The notes beneath the pieces were generated by a model. That model was not told where the DNA came from, did not search any database, and saw nothing but the letters and a program-made list of their open reading frames with translations. The position numbers and the translations under genes are program-made. This document shows positions 37,422 to 46,066 of a stretch of DNA of 64,000 bases, one piece after another (position 1 is the stretch's first letter; each line of letters starts with the position of its first letter). The stretch spans positions 1,436-65,435 of the forward strand of contig CAZYNM010000007.1 in NCBI GenBank assembly GCA_964648715.1. Reading direction: 5' to 3'. This DNA is from an uncultured Pseudomonadales bacterium. GTDB lineage: Bacteria > Patescibacteriota > Microgenomatia > UBA1400 > PJMF01.

Positions 37422-37898
37422 ATGGCATCTTTCGCGCAAACCAACAAACATGTGCCCCTTACGTCAGAGGCGTATGCCGAGTTGACGACCAAGATTGCGC
37501 GTCTGCAAAAAGAGGTTCAAGAAGCACAAAAAAGAGTGAATGAAGCTCGTGAGCAAGGTGATTTATCTGAGAATGGCGCCTACAAATATGGCAAACTTGA
37601 ACTTGGTTCACTCCGTAGACAACTTTTTCAAGCTGAGCGATTGCTTGCCACTGCGTATGTGGCTCAACCAGAAACATCTCAAGAAATAATTGGATTTGGT
37701 AGTATAGTTACTATTCAATCACAAGGAATAGTTGCTACCTATACGTTGGTGAGTCATCATGAGTCAGATATTGCAGCCCGCAAGTTGTCACTACAAAGCC
37801 CGTTGGGCAAAGCATTGTGCAATAAAAAAGAGGGCGATGTGGTGTCTGTCTCTGCTCCCAAAGGCGTTCAAGAATGGCGCATCATGCATGTAGAATAG
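37422..37898 (+). CDS. greA: Transcription elongation factor GreA
   Basis: N-terminal coiled-coil with DLSENGAYKYGK; C-terminal FKBP-like domain. Confidence 0.85.
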   Translation: MASFAQTNKHVPLTSEAYAELTTKIARLQKEVQEAQKRVNEAREQGDLSENGAYKYGKLELGSLRRQLFQAERLLATAYVAQPETSQEIIGFGSIVTIQSQGIVATYTLVSHHESDIAARKLSLQSPLGKALCNKKEGDVVSVSAPKGVQEWRIMHVE

Positions 37899-37908
37899 CA
37901 CTACACAT

Positions 37909-38157
37909 TTGGTCTATACTGAAAACATGCTGCACGTTCTGCGTAAGCTTCTACACAAAAAGAAAGAACAAAATCCCACCCTCCTTTCTGTTGTGGCACT
38001 CGACCTCGCGGCCGTGATGGTGTGGCGTGGGGCATGGGGATTTATGGATTTGTATATTTTCCCTGATCACAAGGAAATGAGTTTTCTTACTTCACTTACC
38101 CTAGGCTTAGGACTATTTGCTGTATTGAAGTTGTGGAACAGTGGTGAGTCGGCGTAA
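37909..38157 (+). CDS. Small membrane protein (82 aa)
   Basis: Two hydrophobic helices; no motif. Confidence 0.35.
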   Translation: MVYTENMLHVLRKLLHKKKEQNPTLLSVVALDLAAVMVWRGAWGFMDLYIFPDHKEMSFLTSLTLGLGLFAVLKLWNSGESA

Positions 38158-38381
38158 AACCTGCTTGTGGATTCGCGTGCAGCAGTCTGTAAACAACGAT
38201 AAATCTTCATTGATTGAACAGCAATACTTAGAGCAAAAAAAAGTTCTCCAAGTTCTTGATTATGACCTACCATGAGCGGAATACATCTTTGCCGTCTTTC
38301 GCGATGTTACGAACAGTGTCTGAAAATGTTTTCATCACTGGAGTATTACAAATTATGACCCAATAAAGAATATTAATGAGA

Positions 38382-38786
38382 TTAATCTTGATTCGTTAAT
38401 GCATGTAATAAAGGCAAGCTTATCAATTCGCTGTAGATCTTAGATTCAAAAATTGCTGTGAAAAGATGCTCGCTTCCCTCCTGAACTGGGCGATTACTAA
38501 AAAAGATAAGTGGCAATTCTGGCCTGTGTGTATGGATACTTGAAGCAATTGTTTCTCCTTCAGTAAGTTCTTGAGACCATGCATGATTCCATAATCTACC
38601 GTTTATAATTGCACACACGAAACCTTGGGAAAGAATCGCTGGTATCTCTGCTACATCTGTAGGAGTACCTACTACCACATCAAGTTTGGGATTAAGGCGG
38701 AGGAGATATGCTTTCAGCAAATGAATTGAGATAGGATCATCTTCAAAAACAAGTACTTTTTTGTGTTCAGTTGTTGATGGCATCAC
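38382..38786 (-). CDS. Receiver (REC)-like single-domain protein, possibly pseudo-receiver
   Basis: KKVLVFEDDP... CheY-like N-terminus. At the expected phospho-acceptor position the sequence reads AIINGRL (Asn, not Asp). Confidence 0.45.
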   Translation of the reverse strand: MMPSTTEHKKVLVFEDDPISIHLLKAYLLRLNPKLDVVVGTPTDVAEIPAILSQGFVCAIINGRLWNHAWSQELTEGETIASSIHTHRPELPLIFFSNRPVQEGSEHLFTAIFESKIYSELISLPLLHALTNQD

Positions 38787-38818
38787 GCCCTTTCATGTGT
38801 GTATACTATCACATGTGT

Positions 38819-39220
38819 ATGAAAATCAAAAAAAAGACGATCTTAAACCTGGATTTTTTTACTATTACTGCTCTAACTGTTGCCGCAACCCGCATTTTTC
38901 TCGCTGTTATATGGGGTACCCCATTTATGGCAGCACAGCAAACTGATGCATGGCATCATTCTTATACAGGTCTGTTGATAGCTGTGTGTGCCTATTTTCT
39001 GCCTCAACGTTTTCGTCGTTTTGCTGCTGCCATTGGAGTAGGTCTTTTTATAGACGAAGCATATTTTTTGCATCAATTTATTGGAATAACAGAGTGCGCC
39101 GGTTATTGGTCTCTACAAGCATACGCAAACATTCTGGTATGGCTAATACTTACGTTTCTTTTTCTTTACTATGAGATTGCTGAAAAACTGACACAGCACT
39201 TACAAAAAAAGGGTGTGTAG
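38819..39220 (+). CDS. Hypothetical 4-TM membrane protein
   Basis: Start MKIKKKT; hydrophobic helices. Confidence 0.4.
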   Translation: MKIKKKTILNLDFFTITALTVAATRIFLAVIWGTPFMAAQQTDAWHHSYTGLLIAVCAYFLPQRFRRFAAAIGVGLFIDEAYFLHQFIGITECAGYWSLQAYANILVWLILTFLFLYYEIAEKLTQHLQKKGV

Positions 39221-39267
39221 TGTTTATTCATTGCAGTTCTAGTTTTTTTTCTTTACTATAAAATCAT

Positions 39268-41298
39268 ATGAGAAAAATCTTCAAGAGTCTTTTCATTGTA
39301 CTACCACTTTTGTTTTTGGTTGTATTGGCTGCACCGCTACGTGCTCTGGCAAGTGAAGAATGGCTTGGCTTGGGATTAGGTTGGAACAACTATACTACGC
39401 AAGATATTAAAGACCTTGGTGATCCCTGGGTATACAATTGGGGTGCAGGGGATACGGGAAATAGTAAACCAGTCAATGACAAAGACTACGCGTTCCATCA
39501 TCCAACTGATAGTGACTTCGCTGGCAAGTATGTTCCCACAATATTTACATGTACTAATGGTGCTGTTGACTCAGTATTTAATTGGATTACAGCAAATAAT
39601 TATGCTGGTCCAGTCATTGTGTTTAATGAACCAGATAATCCAGATCAAACAGCAGGTGTATGCAGCCCTGGGGGTGATGTTTCTCCTGCAGTTGATACAC
39701 TTGAATATGCGATTACCAAGCGAGATACCTATTATGCACAAACTAAGAATTACGTAGATCTTATTATTGGGGGAACTTACGCGAGTCCCAATGCTAACTG
39801 GAATTGGTGGCATGATCCAAATTCAAATGCTCCGTGGAAACATCCGTTTTGGATGGACCTCTTTTTAGCAGAGTGGCAAGAACAACACCCTGGACAACAA
39901 TGGCCAAATGTGGAAGGCGTGCACGTCCACTCCTACCATTTGTATAATGCCGGTGATCAGTCTGCCTGGTATATTCAAGCACTTGAAGGAAACTTCGCTG
40001 ATCAAAATGGCTGGAATGACTGGTTTGAGGCACACCCATATGCCCTAGGTACTAAGCAAGAGCTCTGGGTTACTGAGACAGGAATCTTAACGGGCAATGT
40101 ATCTGTGAACAACGTCAACACCATTATGAACGCTGTTTTACCTTTTTACAAAAACAACGTCCCAGAAATAAAACGTGTAGCTTGGTTCACGAATAGTACC
40201 AATAATTTTGCCAATGACATGAAAAATACTTCGTTGGTGGATAACACAAATGGTACAAAAACAGTGTTGTGGAACACCTTCAAAAACTTCTGTACTAACC
40301 AGGGGTATTGTGGTGATCCTTTGACTGATGTCAAAGATGCAACGGTGAGTGGCAATTTTATCACCAATACTAACAATGGTAACCCAGCCACAAGTTGTCC
40401 CGGAACGGGTGAGTGGTGCACGTGGAAGAACACTGCGACTTCACGATTCTTTGTGCAGAATAACGGTGACTTAGTGATTGCAGCTGATCCAGGCACTGGG
40501 TATGAGACCTGTTGGTTACAGTGGCTCAACACAGCTGCAGCGAATGGAGAAACATTTAGAGTAAAGGCCGATTTTAACAGCACCTTTGCCAGCGGAAAGT
40601 CATTTTTCCAGATTCAGACCTGGGATAAAACTAATTTCTTGCCATTCAACTCTACTTGGTCCACAACCGGAAAAACATCAATAGACCAGAATGTCACGGT
40701 CTATAGTTTATTTGGTGGTAGACTGGCACTCAAGTTTTGTGCCTATGGCACTGAAACGTTAACCTCAAGAAAGACTGCAACTTTACAGAATGTGTCTGTT
40801 ACACAAGTCTCTGGTGCAAACGTGAGCGTCAAAGACACAACTGTGACCAACAATCTTTTAACCAATACGGTGCAGTGGGATAATGCATGCGGTCATGGTC
40901 AATGGTGTAGATGGTATCGCGATGGAAATAGTACTACGAATACCAGTAATATTCTGTCCGGAAAGTTCAAGATCGGAACTCCTGGTACCTCGGGCAACTT
41001 TGGAATGTGCTGGATTCAATGGGTTAGTGGTGCAACAGCGAATGGTGCTACCTATCGTATGAAGGGTACCGCTGATACCAGTTTTGGCACCAACAAAACC
41101 TCGTTCCAAATTCAGACGCACTCAAATGAAGCATATAAAATCTTCTATGTGAATGGTGCGAATGCGTCTATTGATCAGACGTTTACGGTAACCGACAATG
41201 TTGATCCCAACTTTGTGGCAGCAAAGTTCTGCACCTGGGGTACCAATAGTGCAGCTGCTGAAGCTACTTTAAAGACTATATCTTTAGAGAAATTATAG
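39268..41298 (+). CDS. Secreted GH128-like (Glyco_hydro_cc-like) glycoside hydrolase with two tandem C-terminal beta-sandwich (CBM-like) repeats
   Basis: Signal peptide. VIVFNEPDNPDQ and QELWVTETG signatures. Two ~130-aa repeats (GEWCTWKN...CWLQWLNTAAANGETFRVKADFNSTF...FFQIQTW vs GQWCRWYR...CWIQWVSGATANGATYRMKGTADTSF...SFQIQTH). Confidence 0.6.
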   Translation: MRKIFKSLFIVLPLLFLVVLAAPLRALASEEWLGLGLGWNNYTTQDIKDLGDPWVYNWGAGDTGNSKPVNDKDYAFHHPTDSDFAGKYVPTIFTCTNGAVDSVFNWITANNYAGPVIVFNEPDNPDQTAGVCSPGGDVSPAVDTLEYAITKRDTYYAQTKNYVDLIIGGTYASPNANWNWWHDPNSNAPWKHPFWMDLFLAEWQEQHPGQQWPNVEGVHVHSYHLYNAGDQSAWYIQALEGNFADQNGWNDWFEAHPYALGTKQELWVTETGILTGNVSVNNVNTIMNAVLPFYKNNVPEIKRVAWFTNSTNNFANDMKNTSLVDNTNGTKTVLWNTFKNFCTNQGYCGDPLTDVKDATVSGNFITNTNNGNPATSCPGTGEWCTWKNTATSRFFVQNNGDLVIAADPGTGYETCWLQWLNTAAANGETFRVKADFNSTFASGKSFFQIQTWDKTNFLPFNSTWSTTGKTSIDQNVTVYSLFGGRLALKFCAYGTETLTSRKTATLQNVSVTQVSGANVSVKDTTVTNNLLTNTVQWDNACGHGQWCRWYRDGNSTTNTSNILSGKFKIGTPGTSGNFGMCWIQWVSGATANGATYRMKGTADTSFGTNKTSFQIQTHSNEAYKIFYVNGANASIDQTFTVTDNVDPNFVAAKFCTWGTNSAAAEATLKTISLEKL

Positions 41299-41320
41299 AA
41301 CAAAGTTCTGTGCATTACCC

Positions 41321-41992
41321 TCAACAAGCATGCTTGTTGGGGGTTTTCTGCGCAAGAACGGCATAGTAGTCACGACTATCTTTCCACTGTTTGATGGTGG
41401 TGAAGTTATGCATGTCTTCAGCTAGGAGTCTTTTGGTATAGATGAAGTGTGTTAGTCCCTGTTCATCGCCTAGTGTAGGGATGTAGGTGTGTGCTGCTAT
41501 TTTGCGGGCAGTTTTAATTAAGCAGTAGCGAACTTTTCTTTGTGAGTAGCGGCCACATACTGTTAAAAAGAGATACCCACCGGGTTTAATAATTCTGGCA
41601 CATTCAGCAAGTGCGTTCTGTATGTGCTCTCTGGTATTGTGTTGGAGGACTTGGATACTGATAACTGCATCAAAACTGGCAGTGTCATAAGGAAGAGGTT
41701 GATATATATCTCCCCGCGTTAAGATAAGAGTGTGATCCGCCTGGTGTGCTACTCTTCTGGCTTCTGCCAGGCCTTCTGCTGCACTGTCTATCCCAGAAAC
41801 GGCAAAACCTTGTGCTGCAAGAAATACTGCATTTCTCCCAGTCCCACAGCCCAAATCAAGAATGCTGTTTACGCTGTGGTGTTTAAAAAAGTCACTGATA
41901 CCCACCATATCTTCATGCGGTTCACGGAGATCATAGTAGGTATAGCTCTGAAGTTTCTTTTTGTAGATGGTGTTCCAGGAACTATCTGCCAT
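41321..41992 (-). CDS. Class I SAM-dependent methyltransferase
   Basis: Motif I ILDLGCGTGRNAVFLAAQGFAVSGIDSA; ...GGYLFLTV. Start at MADSSW. Confidence 0.8.
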   Translation of the reverse strand: MADSSWNTIYKKKLQSYTYYDLREPHEDMVGISDFFKHHSVNSILDLGCGTGRNAVFLAAQGFAVSGIDSAAEGLAEARRVAHQADHTLILTRGDIYQPLPYDTASFDAVISIQVLQHNTREHIQNALAECARIIKPGGYLFLTVCGRYSQRKVRYCLIKTARKIAAHTYIPTLGDEQGLTHFIYTKRLLAEDMHNFTTIKQWKDSRDYYAVLAQKTPNKHAC

Positions 41993-42090
41993 ACCGGTAT
42001 TATACCCCTCACCCTTGAACAAGCACAAAAAAACCGCAGGTTGTGCTGGTGCACTTCCTGCGGTTTGATCTATAAAGGCCTGAGATTTCG

Positions 42091-43245
42091 CTAACGCATG
42101 TGAGTCTTGAACTCACGTGCATTTTGGGCCATGCTTAATGGCCGGGCAAATTCTCGAGGTCCGCCCAAAGAGGTTTGTACATAGATGAGGGTCAGTTCCT
42201 GATATGCATGTGCCGAATGCAGCGCCTGAGATACACCGTCTGTGGTGTTTGCCATGTAGACGTTGTAACCCATGCGCGCTGCAGTCTCTGGAATGTGCGC
42301 AGAGCCAGACAACGATCTCTCCTCCGAACAGGAGCCGTAGGCTCCATTGTCCAGAATGATGTGAGTCATGTTGCTAGGTTGGTGGTGGCCGATGGTGACA
42401 AAGTTGCCAAAGTTAGTAAGGCAACTGGCGTCTCCTTCCACAACTACCACTCGTTTCTCTGGTCGCGAAACCGCAAAACCGAGTCCAATGGCGCTGGTAA
42501 GGCCGAAGCCACCAGCGTTATAGAACTGGTTTGGTGTGTGGTGACGCGCGAACAGTGAGCGGCTGATGAGTCCTGTTGACGAAACAAGTCCCACGTCGGG
42601 TGGCGTAGCACCATGAATTGCTGACAGGATGTCGTCGCGTAGAGCGCTTGCACCTGGCACGGTGTAGTCAAGGATGGTGCCATGGCCATGTGAGGCACTC
42701 ACAGGCGCGCATTTTAGCTGGTGGTGAACCCCTTTCTGTTGGGTCCAGCCACGCTTGACCAGAATGACTCCTGGTTTCTGTGTCTTCTGCATGCTTTGCA
42801 GGCATTCCTCGTACACAGTCCCCGCATTTTGCTCGGTCAAGCATGCATGCCACATGCCATAAGCGTTAAGTAGTGGTTCCGTTGCAGCCCCAGTGGCGAG
42901 GTGTTGAGTCGCATTCTCACCTGGAGCACCTCTGTAGGTGACCAGGAATGGGATCTCCATTTGACAGGGGATCAAGAGTGACCCAATGTCATTGGATGCG
43001 ACCAACATGCCACTGTTTTGCATGTACAGGAGCGGACGTTTGCCCGCTAGCCACATGCCTGCTGCGATACCAACTGCTTCTCGCTCATTGAGTCCAGGGA
43101 TGTGCACGGGCATCTGACCCAGTGCATGGATGAAGTGCCGAAGCACTCCACAGGGAACGCCTGATGATCCACTAACATTTGTGCCCCAACTCTTGATGAA
43201 GTGGCCGATGGGCCCTCCTTCAACGTTGATTGTTAGGTCGTTCAT
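42091..43245 (-). CDS. TPP-dependent decarboxylase, fused ComD/ComE-type (sulfopyruvate / phosphonopyruvate decarboxylase-like)
   Basis: ~385 aa. N-terminal Pyr-domain half and C-terminal PP-domain half with VVVVEGDASCLTNFGNFVTIG (GDG-like TPP/Mg motif ...N). The size and fused architecture match Ppd/ComDE. Start at MNDLTI. Confidence 0.65.
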   Translation of the reverse strand: MNDLTINVEGGPIGHFIKSWGTNVSGSSGVPCGVLRHFIHALGQMPVHIPGLNEREAVGIAAGMWLAGKRPLLYMQNSGMLVASNDIGSLLIPCQMEIPFLVTYRGAPGENATQHLATGAATEPLLNAYGMWHACLTEQNAGTVYEECLQSMQKTQKPGVILVKRGWTQQKGVHHQLKCAPVSASHGHGTILDYTVPGASALRDDILSAIHGATPPDVGLVSSTGLISRSLFARHHTPNQFYNAGGFGLTSAIGLGFAVSRPEKRVVVVEGDASCLTNFGNFVTIGHHQPSNMTHIILDNGAYGSCSEERSLSGSAHIPETAARMGYNVYMANTTDGVSQALHSAHAYQELTLIYVQTSLGGPREFARPLSMAQNAREFKTHMR

Positions 43246-43259
43246 ATGCCACCTCTTTC

Positions 43260-44333
43260 TTAGATTGGATTGTGAATGGACTGCCCTGCGTACTCGCTGT
43301 ACCACGGGCTGCGGTAGTTATCGTAACCCAATGGTCGTAGCGATGAAGCAAAAATGCCCTCTACGATCGTGCGGGCCTGCAAGTAGTAATCCAGCTCTTG
43401 TGCTGCTGGGTCACGCAGTGCTGCGTGATGCGGAAGATACACTTGTAAAAGATTCAGGAGTGGATGCCGGGTCAGTACGGGCAAAAAGCGAGGAAAGTGC
43501 TCTGCAATAGCCTCAAGGCAATCAAGCCCGAGGATGTAGAGCAGGTTTGTTTGCAACCCCCGCTCTTTAGCGTGACTCAGAATTTCCAAGTGCTTGTCCA
43601 GATGAACGCTAGATTTTTTGCGCTTCATCAGGTTGTCTCGCCGCTCGAAGCATTCGACTGTGTTGTAAAGTGCAAAGCGGCCTGCATTTGCCAACCGGTT
43701 GACTGCATCTAGCGTGTTAATCTGTGAGCCGATGTAGCGAATCTCTCCACTAAATCCGAGTCCGCCAAACACACGTTGGATCATCAGTAAGTGGTTGAGG
43801 CAGTCTGCATCGGTGCGGAAGCACCCGGTGACGACGCCGATACTTTCCATGTCTACGTAGCTTGGAACCAGGCCAGTGTCCAGAAAGCCTTGGGCCGCGG
43901 CGCGCATGTTCTGTTCTTCAAGTAAGTTGGAAAAATCCAGTGGTACCAAACTGCTGGTGCCACAGAACTTGCAGCCTCGGCAGGTGCTGCGGCTGTTGCT
44001 GTTGAGCGTCAAGGCTTTGCCACCCTTGCGGATATAGGTTTCTGCGCAGGTGTCGGGATGGACTGGGTCGGCTGGACCGATATACTCGCCAGCCAGCCAA
44101 ACATCTTTCCCATCGTGCAGGAAGGGAGATTCCTGGTCGATGGTCACCGCGAAAAAGTACGACCACCCACTGAGCTGAGGTGTGAGTTTGAACCGCCCTC
44201 GGTTGGTTACCGAGGTGTCAAAGCCAACCGTGCTAGTGCCCATCATATTCAACCCCATCATTAAGATGTCGATGAGGGGAACGTTATACTTATCTGCGAA
44301 CTGCTGTGCTTGTTGGATTGAACGGAAAAACAT
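43260..44333 (-). CDS. Fe-S / radical-SAM-like protein with non-canonical CX2CX2C motif
   Basis: NSRSTCRGCKFCGTS: the position of the usual first Cys of CX3CX2C is Thr, with an adjacent Cys instead. No other recognisable domain. The start is uncertain (MFFRS overlaps the upstream gene by 44 nt; MMGLNMMG is an alternative). Confidence 0.4.
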   Translation of the reverse strand: MFFRSIQQAQQFADKYNVPLIDILMMGLNMMGTSTVGFDTSVTNRGRFKLTPQLSGWSYFFAVTIDQESPFLHDGKDVWLAGEYIGPADPVHPDTCAETYIRKGGKALTLNSNSRSTCRGCKFCGTSSLVPLDFSNLLEEQNMRAAAQGFLDTGLVPSYVDMESIGVVTGCFRTDADCLNHLLMIQRVFGGLGFSGEIRYIGSQINTLDAVNRLANAGRFALYNTVECFERRDNLMKRKKSSVHLDKHLEILSHAKERGLQTNLLYILGLDCLEAIAEHFPRFLPVLTRHPLLNLLQVYLPHHAALRDPAAQELDYYLQARTIVEGIFASSLRPLGYDNYRSPWYSEYAGQSIHNPI

Positions 44334-44916
44334 AGTGTTGCTCCTTCCCTCTTTGAGGGATGAATGAAAATGCGCCCTGTTGGGCAAAAGTTGACAACAT
44401 TTCTTCCAACACTTTTTTGTATGGCTTGTCATAGTCAAAGCCATAGCTCAAAGCGCTGGTGAGCCAGAGAACGAGTTGTAGCTGTGTGACTGCTCCTTCT
44501 GACTTCTGAGTCTGCAGTATCTGCACCGCAAGGACAGTTTTGCCTGTCCTGTTAGCGCCCGCACTGCAGTGAATATAGGCAGTCCCTTCTAGTGAAACGA
44601 TGTGTTGAGCAGCAGTGATGAACGATGGCGCATCCTGTACAGTGAGTACGTGATGCTGCATGGTACTTGCCACTGCTTGACGAAGTGCTGCTACCCGCTG
44701 GCTCTCACCAGGGGCATCTGACTGTAGGGTTACTAGGTGGGTGACACCGTAGTGCGCTTGCAGTCTATTCAGTTGTTGAGGAGTTGGCCATCCTCCACGA
44801 TACATATGAGCTGACACTATCCCAAAGTTTTTGGGGACGTGTTGGTCATCCCAAGTCGCTCGAGGAGGAAGCATGATATGCAGTGAGTGATTGGCGATGT
44901 CGATTGTGAGTTGCAT
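44290..44916 (-). CDS. Protein tyrosine / dual-specificity phosphatase-like (CX5R)
   Basis: YIHCSAGANRTGK = HCxAGxxRTG P-loop of PTP-fold phosphatases. Start at MQLTIDI. Confidence 0.7.
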   Translation of the reverse strand: MQLTIDIANHSLHIMLPPRATWDDQHVPKNFGIVSAHMYRGGWPTPQQLNRLQAHYGVTHLVTLQSDAPGESQRVAALRQAVASTMQHHVLTVQDAPSFITAAQHIVSLEGTAYIHCSAGANRTGKTVLAVQILQTQKSEGAVTQLQLVLWLTSALSYGFDYDKPYKKVLEEMLSTFAQQGAFSFIPQRGKEQHYVFPFNPTSTAVRR

Positions 44917-45293
44917 ACGTACTTTCCTATTTGTCGGGAATAGCATAGGACGCTAGGAGTACTACAAGCAACAGAAGAATAAGGAACGGATCATGCATGG
45001 TGTTTTAACCTCTTTGGATGTTAATGATCTATACATATCAAATATGTATTAATGATATTATACATCAAGTCTTTCCGTATCTCAAATTATATATAAGGTT
45101 TCATGTATAAACTAAATTTGAGAGTTAAAATTCTTACTTTCTCTACGTTTTAAGCTAAGAGTAGGTTGAACATATAAAAAGTTTTTGCGTTATTTTTAAA
45201 TTATTCAACTACATGCAAAATAATTGCTGATGGGTGCTGTATGGGCATGCAGGATCTTATATCTAAAGATAGAGAAAATGACTAACAGTATCT

Positions 45294-46028
45294 TCACATG
45301 TTATTTTTCTTTTGTGCCAAAACCAACAGAGACGATCCTAGCGGGAGTGAAATAAAGCGAATACTATATGCTTCTAGTTTACACAAAAATAGGAAGATTA
45401 TTTCTAATAAAGGAGATATGGTGGGTATAACTGAGGCATGTCCTGTAGAGTGATGCAGTACTTTTCTTGTGAAAAAAACAAAGGGAAAAAGTGAAAAAAA
45501 TATATATGTTTTACGCAAGACAACAAAACCATGTTTTTCGAGAATTGTAGACATTTCTTCCAGAGTGAATCTTTGACGGGCGTGCATGACCGTGTCGTGG
45601 TGACTCCACAATTGTGGTAGTGCAGAATCTGTAATAATAATGTTTCCCTTTGGTTTAAGCACCCTTGAAAATTGTGCCACTATCTCGTCTATCTTGACTT
45701 TTTTATGATATAGCACATCAAAGCATGTTATGAGTGAAAAACTGTGCGGTGCAAATGGCAGTCTATTAGCATCTGCCTGTATGACTGCAAGGCCTCTTTT
45801 TTTTGCAACGGTACATGCAAACTGATTACGTTCAATTGCTTGTACAGTGCCAAATTTTTGCAAAAAAAGTGTAATGCCTCCTGTACCACAGCCAACATCT
45901 AATATTTTTTGTTTATTTGATGGGTCACGTAATAATTTCAAAAATGTCTCAATATACATTTTCTTTGCTTTGAACCACCAGTAGTTTTGATCAATTATAG
46001 CCAGTTTTTTATATTCATGATCTTCCAT
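45294..46028 (-). CDS. Class I SAM-dependent methyltransferase
   Basis: KILDVGCGTGGITLFLQKFG motif I; ...PKGNIIITD. An upstream ATG at 46061 is an alternative start. Confidence 0.75.
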   Translation of the reverse strand: MEDHEYKKLAIIDQNYWWFKAKKMYIETFLKLLRDPSNKQKILDVGCGTGGITLFLQKFGTVQAIERNQFACTVAKKRGLAVIQADANRLPFAPHSFSLITCFDVLYHKKVKIDEIVAQFSRVLKPKGNIIITDSALPQLWSHHDTVMHARQRFTLEEMSTILEKHGFVVLRKTYIFFSLFPFVFFTRKVLHHSTGHASVIPTISPLLEIIFLFLCKLEAYSIRFISLPLGSSLLVLAQKKNNM

Positions 46029-46066
46029 ATCTGTGCTATCCTCTATTCCATTACTACACATGTATC

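Noticed and set aside
42091-43245. Calling the TPP enzyme specifically phosphonopyruvate decarboxylase (phosphonate biosynthesis)
   Set aside because: No PEP mutase (pepM) or other phosphonate genes are visible in the window, and ComDE-type sulfopyruvate decarboxylases share the same architecture. Only a family-level call is supported.
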